Assembly: GCA_045636865.1 (NCBI GenBank) | Contig: JAZTYJ010000004.1 | Coordinates: forward strand, 108,662-172,661 | Direction: 5' to 3' | From: Eubacteriales bacterium | GTDB lineage: Bacteria > Bacillota > Clostridia > Oscillospirales > JAAYXM01 | DNA: 64,000 bases | Part shown: one piece after another, positions 1 through 8,837 of the stretch | How positions within the stretch are numbered: position 1 is the stretch's first letter | Layout of the letters: each line of letters starts with the position of its first letter | The notes under the pieces: generated by a model | Told to the model about the DNA's origin: nothing | The model's database searches: none | What the model saw: only the letters and a program-made list of their open reading frames with translations | Position numbers and translations under genes: made by a program

Positions 1-2
1 AG

Positions 3-1850
3 TTTGACTATGTTGTCAGCGGTGAGCTCAAGGTTCAGGTAGGCGAGCATACAGAACTTCTTCGCGAGGGCGACAGCATCTATTATGACAGCTCAACACC
101 ACACGGTATGATTGCCGTCGGCGGTCGCGACTGCGTATTCTGTGCAGTTGTTCTTCCGGGAGAGGACACAAAGGAAGAGGCGGTCCGCGACAGCGTTGCA
201 TCGCTTCGCCCGTCAATGAAGCTTGTTTGCGAAGAGTTTGTTGATACAAAGGAAAGTGAACCGGGAGTTTTGGAGAGCGTAAGCTTTAAAAACACCGAAA
301 AATTCAACTTCGGATATGACTGCGTTGATGCAGTTGCAGAAAAATATCCCGACAAGCTTGCGATGATCCACCTTGACAAAAACAAGGTTGAGCGCCGATA
401 TACCTTCAAGGATATCAAACGCGAATCTGCAAGATGTGCAAACTACTTCACATCTCTCGGAATCAAGCGCGGCGACAGGGTTATGCTCGTTCTTAAACGC
501 CATTATCAGTTCTGGTTCTCTATGGTTGCGCTTCACAAAATCGGAGCAATTGCAATCCCTGCAACTCATCAGCTTAAAGAACACGATTTTGAATATCGCT
601 TCAATGCGGCAAATGTTTCTGCAATCGTCTGCACGGTTGATGACGGTGTACCGGCAATAGTCAATAACACAGCGGAGAAGTGCCCTCAGCTCAAAACCTT
701 CGTTTCGGTTGGCGGAAGTGTTGACGGATGGCATGATTTTGATGCTGAATACCCGATGTTCTCAAGTAATTTTGAAAGAGCAGCTGATTGCTCTGCGGGC
801 GATGAACCGGCACTTATGTTCTTCTCATCCGGCACAACGGGAAATCCGAAAATGGTTCAGCACAAGCACACCTACGCTCTCGGTCATTTCGTAACCGCAA
901 AGTACTGGCACTGCTGCGAGAGAGACGGTCTCCACCTCACGATTTCCGACACCGGCTGGGGTAAATCACTCTGGGGCAAGCTCTACGGTCAGTGGCTCTG
1001 TGAGGGTGCTGTGTTCGTATATGACTTTGACCGCTTTGATGCATCGGATATCCTTCCGATGTTTGCAAAATACAACATCACAACCTTCTGTGCACCTCCG
1101 ACAATGCTCCGTATGATGATTAAAGAGGATCTTTCATGCTATGACCTCTCGTCAATTCATCATATGACGACAGCAGGAGAGGCACTCAATCCGGAAGTTT
1201 TCAAGCAGTTTGAAAAGGCAACAGGTCTTCAGATTATGGAAGGCTTTGGCCAGACTGAAACAACGCTTGCGATTGCAAACCTTTACGGAACGACTCCGAA
1301 GGTCGGCGCAATGGGAAAAGCATCTCCGCAGTATGACATCGATATAGTTGACCCCGACGGCAACCCTGTCAAAACAGGTGAGACGGGCGAAATCGTTGTC
1401 AGACTTGATAAGGGAACACCGGTCGGACTCTTCAGTTGCTATCTTGACGATGAAGAAAAGATGGAAGAGTGCATGCGCGGCGGTATGTACCATACGGGCG
1501 ACACCGCATGGCGTGACGAGGACGGATATTTCTGGTATGTCAGCCGCATAGATGACGTCATCAAGTCATCGGGATACCGCATCGGTCCGTTTGAGATTGA
1601 GAGCGTCATCATGGAACTTCCGTATGTTCTTGAATGCGGCGTATCGGCTGCTCCCGACGAGGTTCGCGGTCAGATTGTAAAGGCAAGTATTGTTCTCACA
1701 AAGGGCACAGAGCCGACAGAGGAGCTTAAGAAGGAAATCCAGAATTACGTCAAGGAAAATACGGCTCCGTATAAGTATCCGCGCCTTGTTGTATTTCGTG
1801 ACTCACTTCCGAAGACAATAAGCGGAAAAATACAGAGAAACAAGCTCTAA
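3..1850 (+). CDS. cupin-AMP-forming acyl-CoA synthetase fusion (ACSM/medium-chain-like), 5' end outside the window
   Basis: The frame is open from the window edge. Residues before the first Met (FDYVVSGELKVQVGEHTELLREGDSIYYDSSTPHG) align with the cupin part of the paralog at 2209..4497. The rest carries AMP-binding motifs (SSGTTGNPK, YHTGD, SGKIQR). Confidence 0.85.
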   Translation, partial: FDYVVSGELKVQVGEHTELLREGDSIYYDSSTPHGMIAVGGRDCVFCAVVLPGEDTKEEAVRDSVASLRPSMKLVCEEFVDTKESEPGVLESVSFKNTEKFNFGYDCVDAVAEKYPDKLAMIHLDKNKVERRYTFKDIKRESARCANYFTSLGIKRGDRVMLVLKRHYQFWFSMVALHKIGAIAIPATHQLKEHDFEYRFNAANVSAIVCTVDDGVPAIVNNTAEKCPQLKTFVSVGGSVDGWHDFDAEYPMFSSNFERAADCSAGDEPALMFFSSGTTGNPKMVQHKHTYALGHFVTAKYWHCCERDGLHLTISDTGWGKSLWGKLYGQWLCEGAVFVYDFDRFDASDILPMFAKYNITTFCAPPTMLRMMIKEDLSCYDLSSIHHMTTAGEALNPEVFKQFEKATGLQIMEGFGQTETTLAIANLYGTTPKVGAMGKASPQYDIDIVDPDGNPVKTGETGEIVVRLDKGTPVGLFSCYLDDEEKMEECMRGGMYHTGDTAWRDEDGYFWYVSRIDDVIKSSGYRIGPFEIESVIMELPYVLECGVSAAPDEVRGQIVKASIVLTKGTEPTEELKKEIQNYVKENTAPYKYPRLVVFRDSLPKTISGKIQRNKL

Positions 1851-1865
1851 ATACAGCAAAAACTG

Positions 1866-1894
1866 TTGACAATACTTGAAAGTTGGTATATAAT
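1866..1894 (+). promoter_or_regulatory. sigma-A promoter, TTGACA-17 nt-TATAAT
   Basis: Perfect -35 (1866-1871) and -10 (1889-1894) hexamers with a 17-nt spacer, directly upstream of the T-box leader. Confidence 0.8.
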
Positions 1895-1904
1895 AATTAC
1901 AAAT

Positions 1905-2185
1905 TATAAAAAGGCTTTGACGAAGAGTGCGCAGATATGGCGGGCGTTCAGAGAGATAGCGGTTGGTGCGAGCTATTGCATTGCGGTCTGCGGTTGTAGC
2001 TTCCGAGCTGAAAGGAAGAAAGCCGGTTTACGGTCAGTAGAACCTTTCCGTGATTGCTGCGTGAAGGCATAAGGCTTATTGGAGCCTGAGTGGTGCAACT
2101 TATGCACAATTTGAGTGGTACCGCGGGTGTATTGTTTTTCTCACTCGTCTCAAAGAATGTCAGCTTTGGGACGAGTGTTTTTCGT
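1905..2185 (+). promoter_or_regulatory. T-box leader (tRNA-sensing riboswitch), probable valine specifier GUA
   Basis: Stem I has a GA/K-turn-like UGACGAAG, an AG bulge AGAGAG (1950-1955) and a distal hairpin atagc-GGTTGGTGCGA-gctat. The specifier loop 3' side is GUUGUAG (1993-1999) between helices 1930-1936/1986-1992 and GAAG/CTTC. Stem III lies at 2093-2107. The conserved T-box sequence AATTTGAGTGGTACCGCG is at 2108-2125. The antiterminator 3' strand is shared with the terminator. Confidence 0.9.
2132..2182 (+). terminator. T-box-controlled intrinsic terminator
   Basis: Stem cactcgtctcaaag / ctttgggacgagtg with an 8-nt loop, followed by TTTTT. It overlaps the alternative antiterminator pairing GAGTG/CACTC. 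Confidence 0.85.
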
Positions 2186-2208
2186 TCCGGAAGAAGGAGA
2201 GTTATGTT

Positions 2209-4497
2209 ATGGAAAATATGACACAGCTTGATTTTAAAATTAAAGAAATGGCGGCGCGTATCCGCGAGCTTCGAGAGATTGAAGGCCTTTCGGTTGAAGA
2301 GATGGCGGAGAAAACAGGCGTTGAGCTTTCAGAATATCTTCGTTGTGAAAAGGGTGAGCACGACTTAAACTTCGCGTTTATTTACCGTTGTGCGGCAGTT
2401 CTTCGCGTAAACGTAACCGATATTATCGAAGGCTACAGCCCGACTCTTAAATCGTTTACGGTTACGCGTTCAGGTCTCGGTCAGAAGATAGGTCAGGCTC
2501 ACGGTATGACTTACTACAACCTTGCCTATGCGTTTCAGAATCGAATCGCCGAGCCGCTTTACGTCAGGATTTCATATGACGACAGCATAAACGAGTCTGA
2601 TATTGAGCTCACGTCACACGACGGTCAGGAGTGTGACATCATTGTTGAAGGTCATCTTATGGTGCAGATAGGGGAGCACCGCGAGATTCTCGGACCGGGC
2701 GACAGTATCTACTACGACAGTAACACACCCCACGGTATGATTGCGACAAACGGGGCAGACTGCGTTTTCTACGCAATCGTTCTCAATCCGTCAGGTGAGC
2801 CGATTCCGGAGCTTGCACCGACAAAGGCGATTTCTGACACACGCGAAATCAAGAAGGATACAAAAGAACGTATCTATCATAAATATATTGATGTCGAGGA
2901 GAACAAAAACGGAACTCCGACGTCAATTACATTCAAGAACACAGAAAAGTTCAACTTTGCGTTTGACCTTGTTGATGCTCTTGCAGAGCGTGAGCCGGAT
3001 AAGCTTGCGATGCTTCATATTGACATCAACAAAGTAGTAAGACCGTTTACATTTACCGACATCAAGCGCGAGTCTGCAAGATGTGCAAACTACTTCAAGT
3101 CTCTCGGCATCAAGAAGGGCGACCGCGTAATGCTCGTCTTAAAGCGCCATTATCAGTTCTGGTTTGCGATGATCGGTCTTAACAAACTCGGCGCAATCGC
3201 AATTCCCGCTACAAATCAGCTTCAGGTTCACGACTTTGAATACCGCTTCCGGGCGGCAGGTGTAAACACCATCATCTGCACGGCTGACGGTGAAACTGCC
3301 GCACAGGTAGACGAGGCGGCAAAGACGTGTCCCGAGCTTGTAAATAAGCTTATAGTCAACGGTGAGCGCGAAGGATGGAGAAACTTTGACGAAGAGTTCA
3401 AGCTCTTCAGCTCACACTTTGAGAGAAGCGAGGATTCTCCGTGCGGAGATGACCTTCTCCTTATGTTCTTTACATCGGGAACAACGGGATATCCGAAGAT
3501 TGCGGCACACAGCCACAAATATCCGCTCGGTCATTTCCACACAGCAAAATACTGGCACAATGTTGACCCCGACGGTCTCCACTTCACAATCTCCGACACG
3601 GGTTGGGCAAAGTCAATGTGGGGTAAGCTCTACGGTCAATGGCTCTGCGAGGCGGCAACGTTTGTTTACGACTTTGACCGCTTCGATGCAAAGGAAATTC
3701 TTCCGATGTTTGCAGAGCACAAGATAACAACCTTCTGTGCACCTCCGACAATGCTCCGCATGCTTGTTAAAGAAGACATTTCACAGTATGACTTCTCGTC
3801 CGTAAAGCATATGTCAACAGCGGGTGAGGCACTCAACCCCGAGGTTTACAGACAATTTGAAAAGGCAACGGGCCTCCAGATTATTGAAGGCTTCGGTCAG
3901 ACGGAAAGCACGATGATCATCGGTAATATGGTCGGTGCTCCGCATAAGATCGGATCTATGGGTAAGCCTGCTCCGATTTACAAGGTTGAGCTCGTGAACG
4001 AAAAGGGTGAAGAGGTTGCAATCGGTGAGACGGGTGAAATCGTCGTAAATGTAAAAGACGGTATGCCATGCGGTCTCTTTACGGGATACTACCGCGATCA
4101 GGAGAAGACAGACGAAGTCCTCCACGATGGCTACTATCACACGGGCGACACCGCGTGGCGCGATGAAGACGGCTTCTATTGGTACGTCGGACGCGTTGAT
4201 GACGTTATCAAGTCATCGGGATACCGCATCGGTCCGTTTGAAATCGAAAGTGTTATTATGGAGCTTCCGTATGTTCTTGAGTGCGGCGTATCAGCGGCTC
4301 CCGATGAGGTCCGCGGTCAGATAGTAAAGGCAAGTATCGTTCTCACAAAGGGAACTGAACCGACAGAAGAGCTCAAAAAAGAGATTCAGACATACGTCAA
4401 AGAGCACACGGCTCCGTATAAGTATCCGCGACTTGTCGTCTTCCGCGATTCACTTCCGAAGACGGTAAGCGGAAAGATTCAGAGAAATAAACTTTAA
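2209..4497 (+). CDS. XRE-HTH - cupin - AMP-forming acyl-CoA synthetase fusion protein (762 aa)
   Basis: RBS GAAGGAGAG lies 8 nt upstream. The N-terminus is an XRE-type HTH (res ~10-70). A cupin follows (GDSIYYDSNTPHG), then the adenylate-forming core (TSGTTGYPK, GYYHTGD, SGKIQR). Confidence 0.9.
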   Translation: MENMTQLDFKIKEMAARIRELREIEGLSVEEMAEKTGVELSEYLRCEKGEHDLNFAFIYRCAAVLRVNVTDIIEGYSPTLKSFTVTRSGLGQKIGQAHGMTYYNLAYAFQNRIAEPLYVRISYDDSINESDIELTSHDGQECDIIVEGHLMVQIGEHREILGPGDSIYYDSNTPHGMIATNGADCVFYAIVLNPSGEPIPELAPTKAISDTREIKKDTKERIYHKYIDVEENKNGTPTSITFKNTEKFNFAFDLVDALAEREPDKLAMLHIDINKVVRPFTFTDIKRESARCANYFKSLGIKKGDRVMLVLKRHYQFWFAMIGLNKLGAIAIPATNQLQVHDFEYRFRAAGVNTIICTADGETAAQVDEAAKTCPELVNKLIVNGEREGWRNFDEEFKLFSSHFERSEDSPCGDDLLLMFFTSGTTGYPKIAAHSHKYPLGHFHTAKYWHNVDPDGLHFTISDTGWAKSMWGKLYGQWLCEAATFVYDFDRFDAKEILPMFAEHKITTFCAPPTMLRMLVKEDISQYDFSSVKHMSTAGEALNPEVYRQFEKATGLQIIEGFGQTESTMIIGNMVGAPHKIGSMGKPAPIYKVELVNEKGEEVAIGETGEIVVNVKDGMPCGLFTGYYRDQEKTDEVLHDGYYHTGDTAWRDEDGFYWYVGRVDDVIKSSGYRIGPFEIESVIMELPYVLECGVSAAPDEVRGQIVKASIVLTKGTEPTEELKKEIQTYVKEHTAPYKYPRLVVFRDSLPKTVSGKIQRNKL

Positions 4498-4523
4498 TAA
4501 ATTATATAAAGGAGAGAATCAAG

Positions 4524-5591
4524 ATGTATAATTTTCCGGTAACAAAAACACAGAACCCGAAGCCGCATCCGCAGGATGAGTCAAAGCTCGCTTTCGGAAA
4601 GGTATTTACGGACCACATGTTCGTTATGAACTACACCGAAGGTAAGGGCTGGCACGACGGAAGAATTGTTCCTTACGAGAAACTCTCTCTTGACCCGTCA
4701 GCTATGGTCTTCCACTACGGACAGGAAATGTTTGAAGGTCTCAAGGCTTATAAGGGCCGCGACGGTAAGACTCGTCTTTTCAGACCTGATATGAACGCAA
4801 AGCGCACAAACGCTACAAACGAGCGTCTCTGCATTCCGGAGCTTCCGGAGGAGCTTTTTGTTGAAGCTTGTAAGGCAGTTGTAAAGGTTGATGAAGACTG
4901 GATTCCGACAGCTCCGGGCACATCACTCTACATCCGTCCGTTCATCATCGCAACAGACGAATTCCTCGGCGTTGCTCCGTCAAAGACATACCTCTTCATC
5001 ATTATCCTCTCACCGTCAGGTGCATACTACGCAAGTGGTCTTGCTCCGGTTGGTATCTGGATTGAAGATGACTATGTAAGAGCTGTAAAGGGCGGTATGG
5101 GCTTTGCTAAGACAGGCGGCAACTACGCAGCAAGCCTTGCAGCACAGGTTAAGGCACACGACGAAGGATATTCACAGGTTCTCTGGCTTGACGGTGTTGA
5201 AAGAAAGTACATCGAAGAAGTTGGCGCTATGAACATCTTCTTCAAGATTGACGGAAAGATCGTTACTCCGATGCTCAACGGCAGCATTCTTCCGGGTATC
5301 ACAAGAAATTCGGTAATCGAAGTCTGCAAGTCATGGGGATATGAGGTTGAAGAGAGAAGAATCAGCGTTGAAGAGCTTATTGATGCACAGAAGTCAGGAA
5401 AGCTTGAAGAGTGCTTCGGAACAGGTACTGCAGCTGTTATCTCTCCGGTCGGAAAGCTTCGCTATAAGGATGACGTTATGCTCATCAACGGCAACACAAT
5501 CGGCGAAGTCAGCCAGAAGCTCTACGATACCATTACAGGCATCCAGTGGGGCGAATGTGAGGATAAGTTTAATTGGTCAGTAATAGTTTAA
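4524..5591 (+). CDS. ilvE: branched-chain amino acid aminotransferase
   Basis: 355-aa class IV aminotransferase of BCAT type (FHYGQEMFEGLKAY, LYIRPF, GGMGFAKTGGNYA). RBS AAAGGAGAG. Confidence 0.9.
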   Translation: MYNFPVTKTQNPKPHPQDESKLAFGKVFTDHMFVMNYTEGKGWHDGRIVPYEKLSLDPSAMVFHYGQEMFEGLKAYKGRDGKTRLFRPDMNAKRTNATNERLCIPELPEELFVEACKAVVKVDEDWIPTAPGTSLYIRPFIIATDEFLGVAPSKTYLFIIILSPSGAYYASGLAPVGIWIEDDYVRAVKGGMGFAKTGGNYAASLAAQVKAHDEGYSQVLWLDGVERKYIEEVGAMNIFFKIDGKIVTPMLNGSILPGITRNSVIEVCKSWGYEVEERRISVEELIDAQKSGKLEECFGTGTAAVISPVGKLRYKDDVMLINGNTIGEVSQKLYDTITGIQWGECEDKFNWSVIV

Positions 5592-6241
5592 ATAAAAGAA
5601 TAACCCTTTTTTGCGGTCATTACGGCAGCGGAAAAACGAATATTGCAGTAAATTTTGCAATAGAGCTTGCAAAAAGGGGAGAGGCTGTCAGCATAGCCGA
5701 TATTGATATTGTAAACCCGTATTTCAGAACGAAGGACAGTATTGACGAGCTCATAGCGGCAGGAGTAGACGTGGTTGCACTTCCGTTTGCAAACACAAGT
5801 GTCGATCTTCCCGCAATTCCGTCAGAGGTTTACGGTCTCATCCAGATGAGAGACAAGCGCGTTGTAATGGATATCGGCGGTGACGACAGAGGCGCATACG
5901 CGCTCGGCAGGTTTGCGGATAAGATAAAAGAAGAAAACAGCTTTGATATGGTTTTCGTTGTGAATTTCTACCGTCCGCTGACACCCGATGCAGAGTCGGC
6001 TCTCTCAATTATGCGTGAGATAGAAGCGGCGTCAAAGATTCCGTTTTCCTGCATAATCAACAACTCAAACATCGGTGAGGAGACGCGTGCAGACGACATC
6101 AGAAAGACGATTCCGCTTGCAGAGGAGCTCTCGGAATTGTCAGGGCTTCCGGTTGTCGGAGTTTCCGCAAAGAAGGAATTTGAAAGTGAACTTGGGCTTG
6201 AGAGCTTTCTGGCTCTCAACCTTCAGAAAAAAATATTTTAG
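5573..6241 (+). CDS. P-loop NTPase (SIMIBI/G3E-like), function unknown
   Basis: Walker A GHYGSGKT and Walker B VVMDIGGDD. Apparent TTG start overlaps the ilvE 3' end by 19 nt, with GAGG about 10 nt upstream. The start site is uncertain. Confidence 0.6.
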   Translation: MVSNSLNKRITLFCGHYGSGKTNIAVNFAIELAKRGEAVSIADIDIVNPYFRTKDSIDELIAAGVDVVALPFANTSVDLPAIPSEVYGLIQMRDKRVVMDIGGDDRGAYALGRFADKIKEENSFDMVFVVNFYRPLTPDAESALSIMREIEAASKIPFSCIINNSNIGEETRADDIRKTIPLAEELSELSGLPVVGVSAKKEFESELGLESFLALNLQKKIF

Positions 6242-6253
6242 AAGGAGATTGTT

Positions 6254-6460
6254 ATGGCTAAGGTAACATTTGCGTCAGACATATGCAAGGGCTGCGGTCT
6301 TTGCGTAGGTGCATGTCCCAAGGGCATCATCACTCTTGCGACAGATAAGATCAATAAAAAGGGGCACTCTCCTGCAGAAATAACTGATCAGGAAAAGTGT
6401 ATCGGTTGCGCTTTCTGTGCAACAATGTGCCCTGACTGTGTAATTACGGTAGAAAAGTGA
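6254..6460 (+). CDS. 2-oxoacid:ferredoxin oxidoreductase delta subunit (2x[4Fe-4S] ferredoxin-like)
   Basis: 68 aa with two CxxCxxCxxxCP motifs (CKGCGLCVGACP, CIGCAFCATMCP). Confidence 0.85.
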   Translation: MAKVTFASDICKGCGLCVGACPKGIITLATDKINKKGHSPAEITDQEKCIGCAFCATMCPDCVITVEK

Positions 6461-6472
6461 GGTGTGTGAGAA

Positions 6473-7534
6473 ATGGCAGAAAAAGTTTTGATGAAAGGTA
6501 ACGAAGCTATCGCGGAAGCTGCAATTCGTGCAGGTTGCCGCCATTACTTCGGATATCCGATTACTCCGCAGACGGAAGTCGCGGCTTATATGGCAAAGAG
6601 AATGCCGAAAATCGGCGGAACATTCCTTCAGGCAGAAAGTGAAGTTTCCGCAATCAATATGGTATATGGTGTTGCAGGTGCAGGATTCCGTGTTATGACA
6701 TCCTCATCAAGCCCCGGTATATCACTCAAGCAGGAGGGTATCTCCTACATAGCAGGTGCTGACCTTCCGGCACTTATCGTTAACGTTCAGCGCGGAGGCC
6801 CCGGTCTCGGCGGAATCCAGCCGTCTCAGTCTGACTATTTCCAGGCTACAAAGGGCGGCGGTCACGGTGACTATCACCTCATCGTTCTCACTCCCGAATC
6901 CGTTCAGGAAATGGCGGATATGACAGCTTTGGCATTCGACCTTGCCGATAAGTACAGAATGCCGGCAATGCTTCTTTGTGACGGTACAATGGGTCAGATG
7001 ATGGAACCGGTTGAGCTTCCCGAGGAGCACGTAAACGTTATCGAAAAGCCCTGGGCGGTAAACGGCACAAAGGGCGAGCGTGAGCACAACATCATAAACT
7101 CACTCTACTTAAAACCCGAAATTCTCGAGGACAAGAACTTTGAGAGATACGAGAGATATAAGCTCATTGAAGAAACTGAAGCAAGACACGAAAGCTTTAT
7201 GATGGACGATGCAGAAATCTGCGTTGCAGCATTCGGTATTGCGGCACGCGTTGCAAAGAACGCAGTTGTTGCAGCCCGCAAGGAAGGCATCAAGGTCGGT
7301 ATGATCCGTCCGCTCACGGTATGGCCGTTCCCGAAGAAGGCATTTGCAGAAGCTGCAAAGCAGGTTAAGTCATTCATCAGCGTTGAGCTTTCAATGGGAC
7401 AGATGATTGAAGATGTTGCACTTGCAACAGAATGCAAAAAGCCAGTTCACCTCTGCAACCGTTCAGGCGGTATGATTCCGACACCTGAACAGGTTCTTGA
7501 GATGATCAGAGAAATCAACGGAGGTAACAGATAA
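6473..7534 (+). CDS. 2-oxoacid:ferredoxin oxidoreductase alpha subunit
   Basis: The N-terminus GNEAIAEAAIRAGCRHYFGYPITPQTE is typical of POR/KOR/VOR alpha subunits. 353 aa. Confidence 0.85.
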   Translation: MAEKVLMKGNEAIAEAAIRAGCRHYFGYPITPQTEVAAYMAKRMPKIGGTFLQAESEVSAINMVYGVAGAGFRVMTSSSSPGISLKQEGISYIAGADLPALIVNVQRGGPGLGGIQPSQSDYFQATKGGGHGDYHLIVLTPESVQEMADMTALAFDLADKYRMPAMLLCDGTMGQMMEPVELPEEHVNVIEKPWAVNGTKGEREHNIINSLYLKPEILEDKNFERYERYKLIEETEARHESFMMDDAEICVAAFGIAARVAKNAVVAARKEGIKVGMIRPLTVWPFPKKAFAEAAKQVKSFISVELSMGQMIEDVALATECKKPVHLCNRSGGMIPTPEQVLEMIREINGGNR

Positions 7535-8286
7535 TGGTAGTTTTTGAAAAACCGAAGAGCCTTACAAATGCTGAGCTTCATTACTGCCCGGGCTGTTGCC
7601 ATGGTATCATCCACAGACTCGTAGCACAGGCACTTGATAAGCTTGATATTACAGGTAAAACAATCGGTGTTGCACCGGTTGGATGTGCTGTTATGGCATA
7701 CGACTACTTCGCTTGCGATATGGTAGAGGCAGCTCACGGACGTGCTCCGGCAGTTGCAACAGGTCTCAAGCGCGCAATGCCCGATAACATCGTTTTCACA
7801 TACCAGGGTGATGGCGACCTCGCATCAATCGGTATGGCAGAGACGGTTCACTCCGCAGCAAGAAACGAGAATATCACAATCATTTTCGTAAACAATGCAA
7901 TTTACGGTATGACAGGCGGTCAGATGGCTCCGACTTCTCTTCCGGGTCAGGTTACACAGACATCTCCCTACGGCAGAGACGTAAACGTCGCAGGTTATCC
8001 GATCAGAGTTTCCGAGATGCTTGCAACACTTGACGGTCCGCAGTATATCGAGCGCGTTGCAGTCAATAACGTCAAGAACGTAAAGAAAGCTGAAAAGGCA
8101 ATTCTCAAGGCTTTCGAAAACCAGGTCAACGGAAAGGGATTCTCATTTATCGAGGTTATCTCAACTTGTCCGACAAACTGGGGTATGACACCGCAGAAGT
8201 CTCTCGAGTGGGTTGAAGAGAATATGATTCCGTACTATCCGCTCGGAGTATACAAAGACAAGAGCGCCGAAAAGGAGGAAGCATAA
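7534..8286 (+). CDS. 2-oxoacid:ferredoxin oxidoreductase beta subunit (TPP-binding)
   Basis: TAATG stop/start overlap with the alpha subunit. TPP motif YQGDGDLASIG...NNAIYGMTGGQ. N-terminal Cys pair CPGC. Confidence 0.85.
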   Translation: MVVFEKPKSLTNAELHYCPGCCHGIIHRLVAQALDKLDITGKTIGVAPVGCAVMAYDYFACDMVEAAHGRAPAVATGLKRAMPDNIVFTYQGDGDLASIGMAETVHSAARNENITIIFVNNAIYGMTGGQMAPTSLPGQVTQTSPYGRDVNVAGYPIRVSEMLATLDGPQYIERVAVNNVKNVKKAEKAILKAFENQVNGKGFSFIEVISTCPTNWGMTPQKSLEWVEENMIPYYPLGVYKDKSAEKEEA

Positions 8287-8287
8287 T

Positions 8288-8824
8288 ATGACTACACAGT
8301 TGCTTTTAGCAGGCTTTGGTGGCCAGGGTATCCTCTTTGCAGGAAAGTTTCTCGCATATAAGGGCCTTTTGGAGGGCAGAAACTTAAGCTGGCTTCCGTC
8401 TTACGGTCCTGAAATGCGCGGTGGTACAGCAAACTGCAGCGTTATCTTAAGTGATGAGCCGGTCGGTTCACCGATCGTTTCAAATCCGGATATCCTTGTT
8501 GCAATGAACCTTCCGTCTCTCGATAAGTATGAAGACGCAGTTGTGCCGGGTGGCATGATTTTCGTTGACTCTACTCTCATTGAGCGTAAGGTAAAGAGAA
8601 CTGACGTAAAGGTGTTCTACATCCCGTCAACGCAGCTTGCACAGCAGATGTCGGCACCGACTCTTGCAAATATGATTATGACAGGCAAGCTCATCCGCGA
8701 AAGCGGAATGGTTGAGAAGGAAAACATCGAAGATGCACTCAAGAAAGTCGTTTCGGCAAAGCGTGCAAACCTTCTCGAAATCAACCTCAAGGCAATCAAT
8801 TGCGGAATGGAATACGAAGGCTAA
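8288..8824 (+). CDS. 2-oxoacid:ferredoxin oxidoreductase gamma subunit
   Basis: 178 aa. [18 protein letters not shown] is typical of the POR-gamma family. It starts 2 nt after the beta subunit stop. Confidence 0.85.
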   Translation: MTTQLLLAGFGGQGILFAGKFLAYKGLLEGRNLSWLPSYGPEMRGGTANCSVILSDEPVGSPIVSNPDILVAMNLPSLDKYEDAVVPGGMIFVDSTLIERKVKRTDVKVFYIPSTQLAQQMSAPTLANMIMTGKLIRESGMVEKENIEDALKKVVSAKRANLLEINLKAINCGMEYEG

Positions 8825-8837
8825 AAATAAACTAAAA

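Noticed and set aside
2061-2070. GUGAAGGCAU looks like the glyQS specifier loop (GAA-GGC-A), suggesting a glycine T-box.
   Set aside because: It lies about 70 nt downstream of the Stem I distal loop, in the Stem II/III region. The antiterminator UGGU predicts an A73 tRNA, whereas tRNA-Gly has U73. The properly placed loop reads GUUGUAG (Val).
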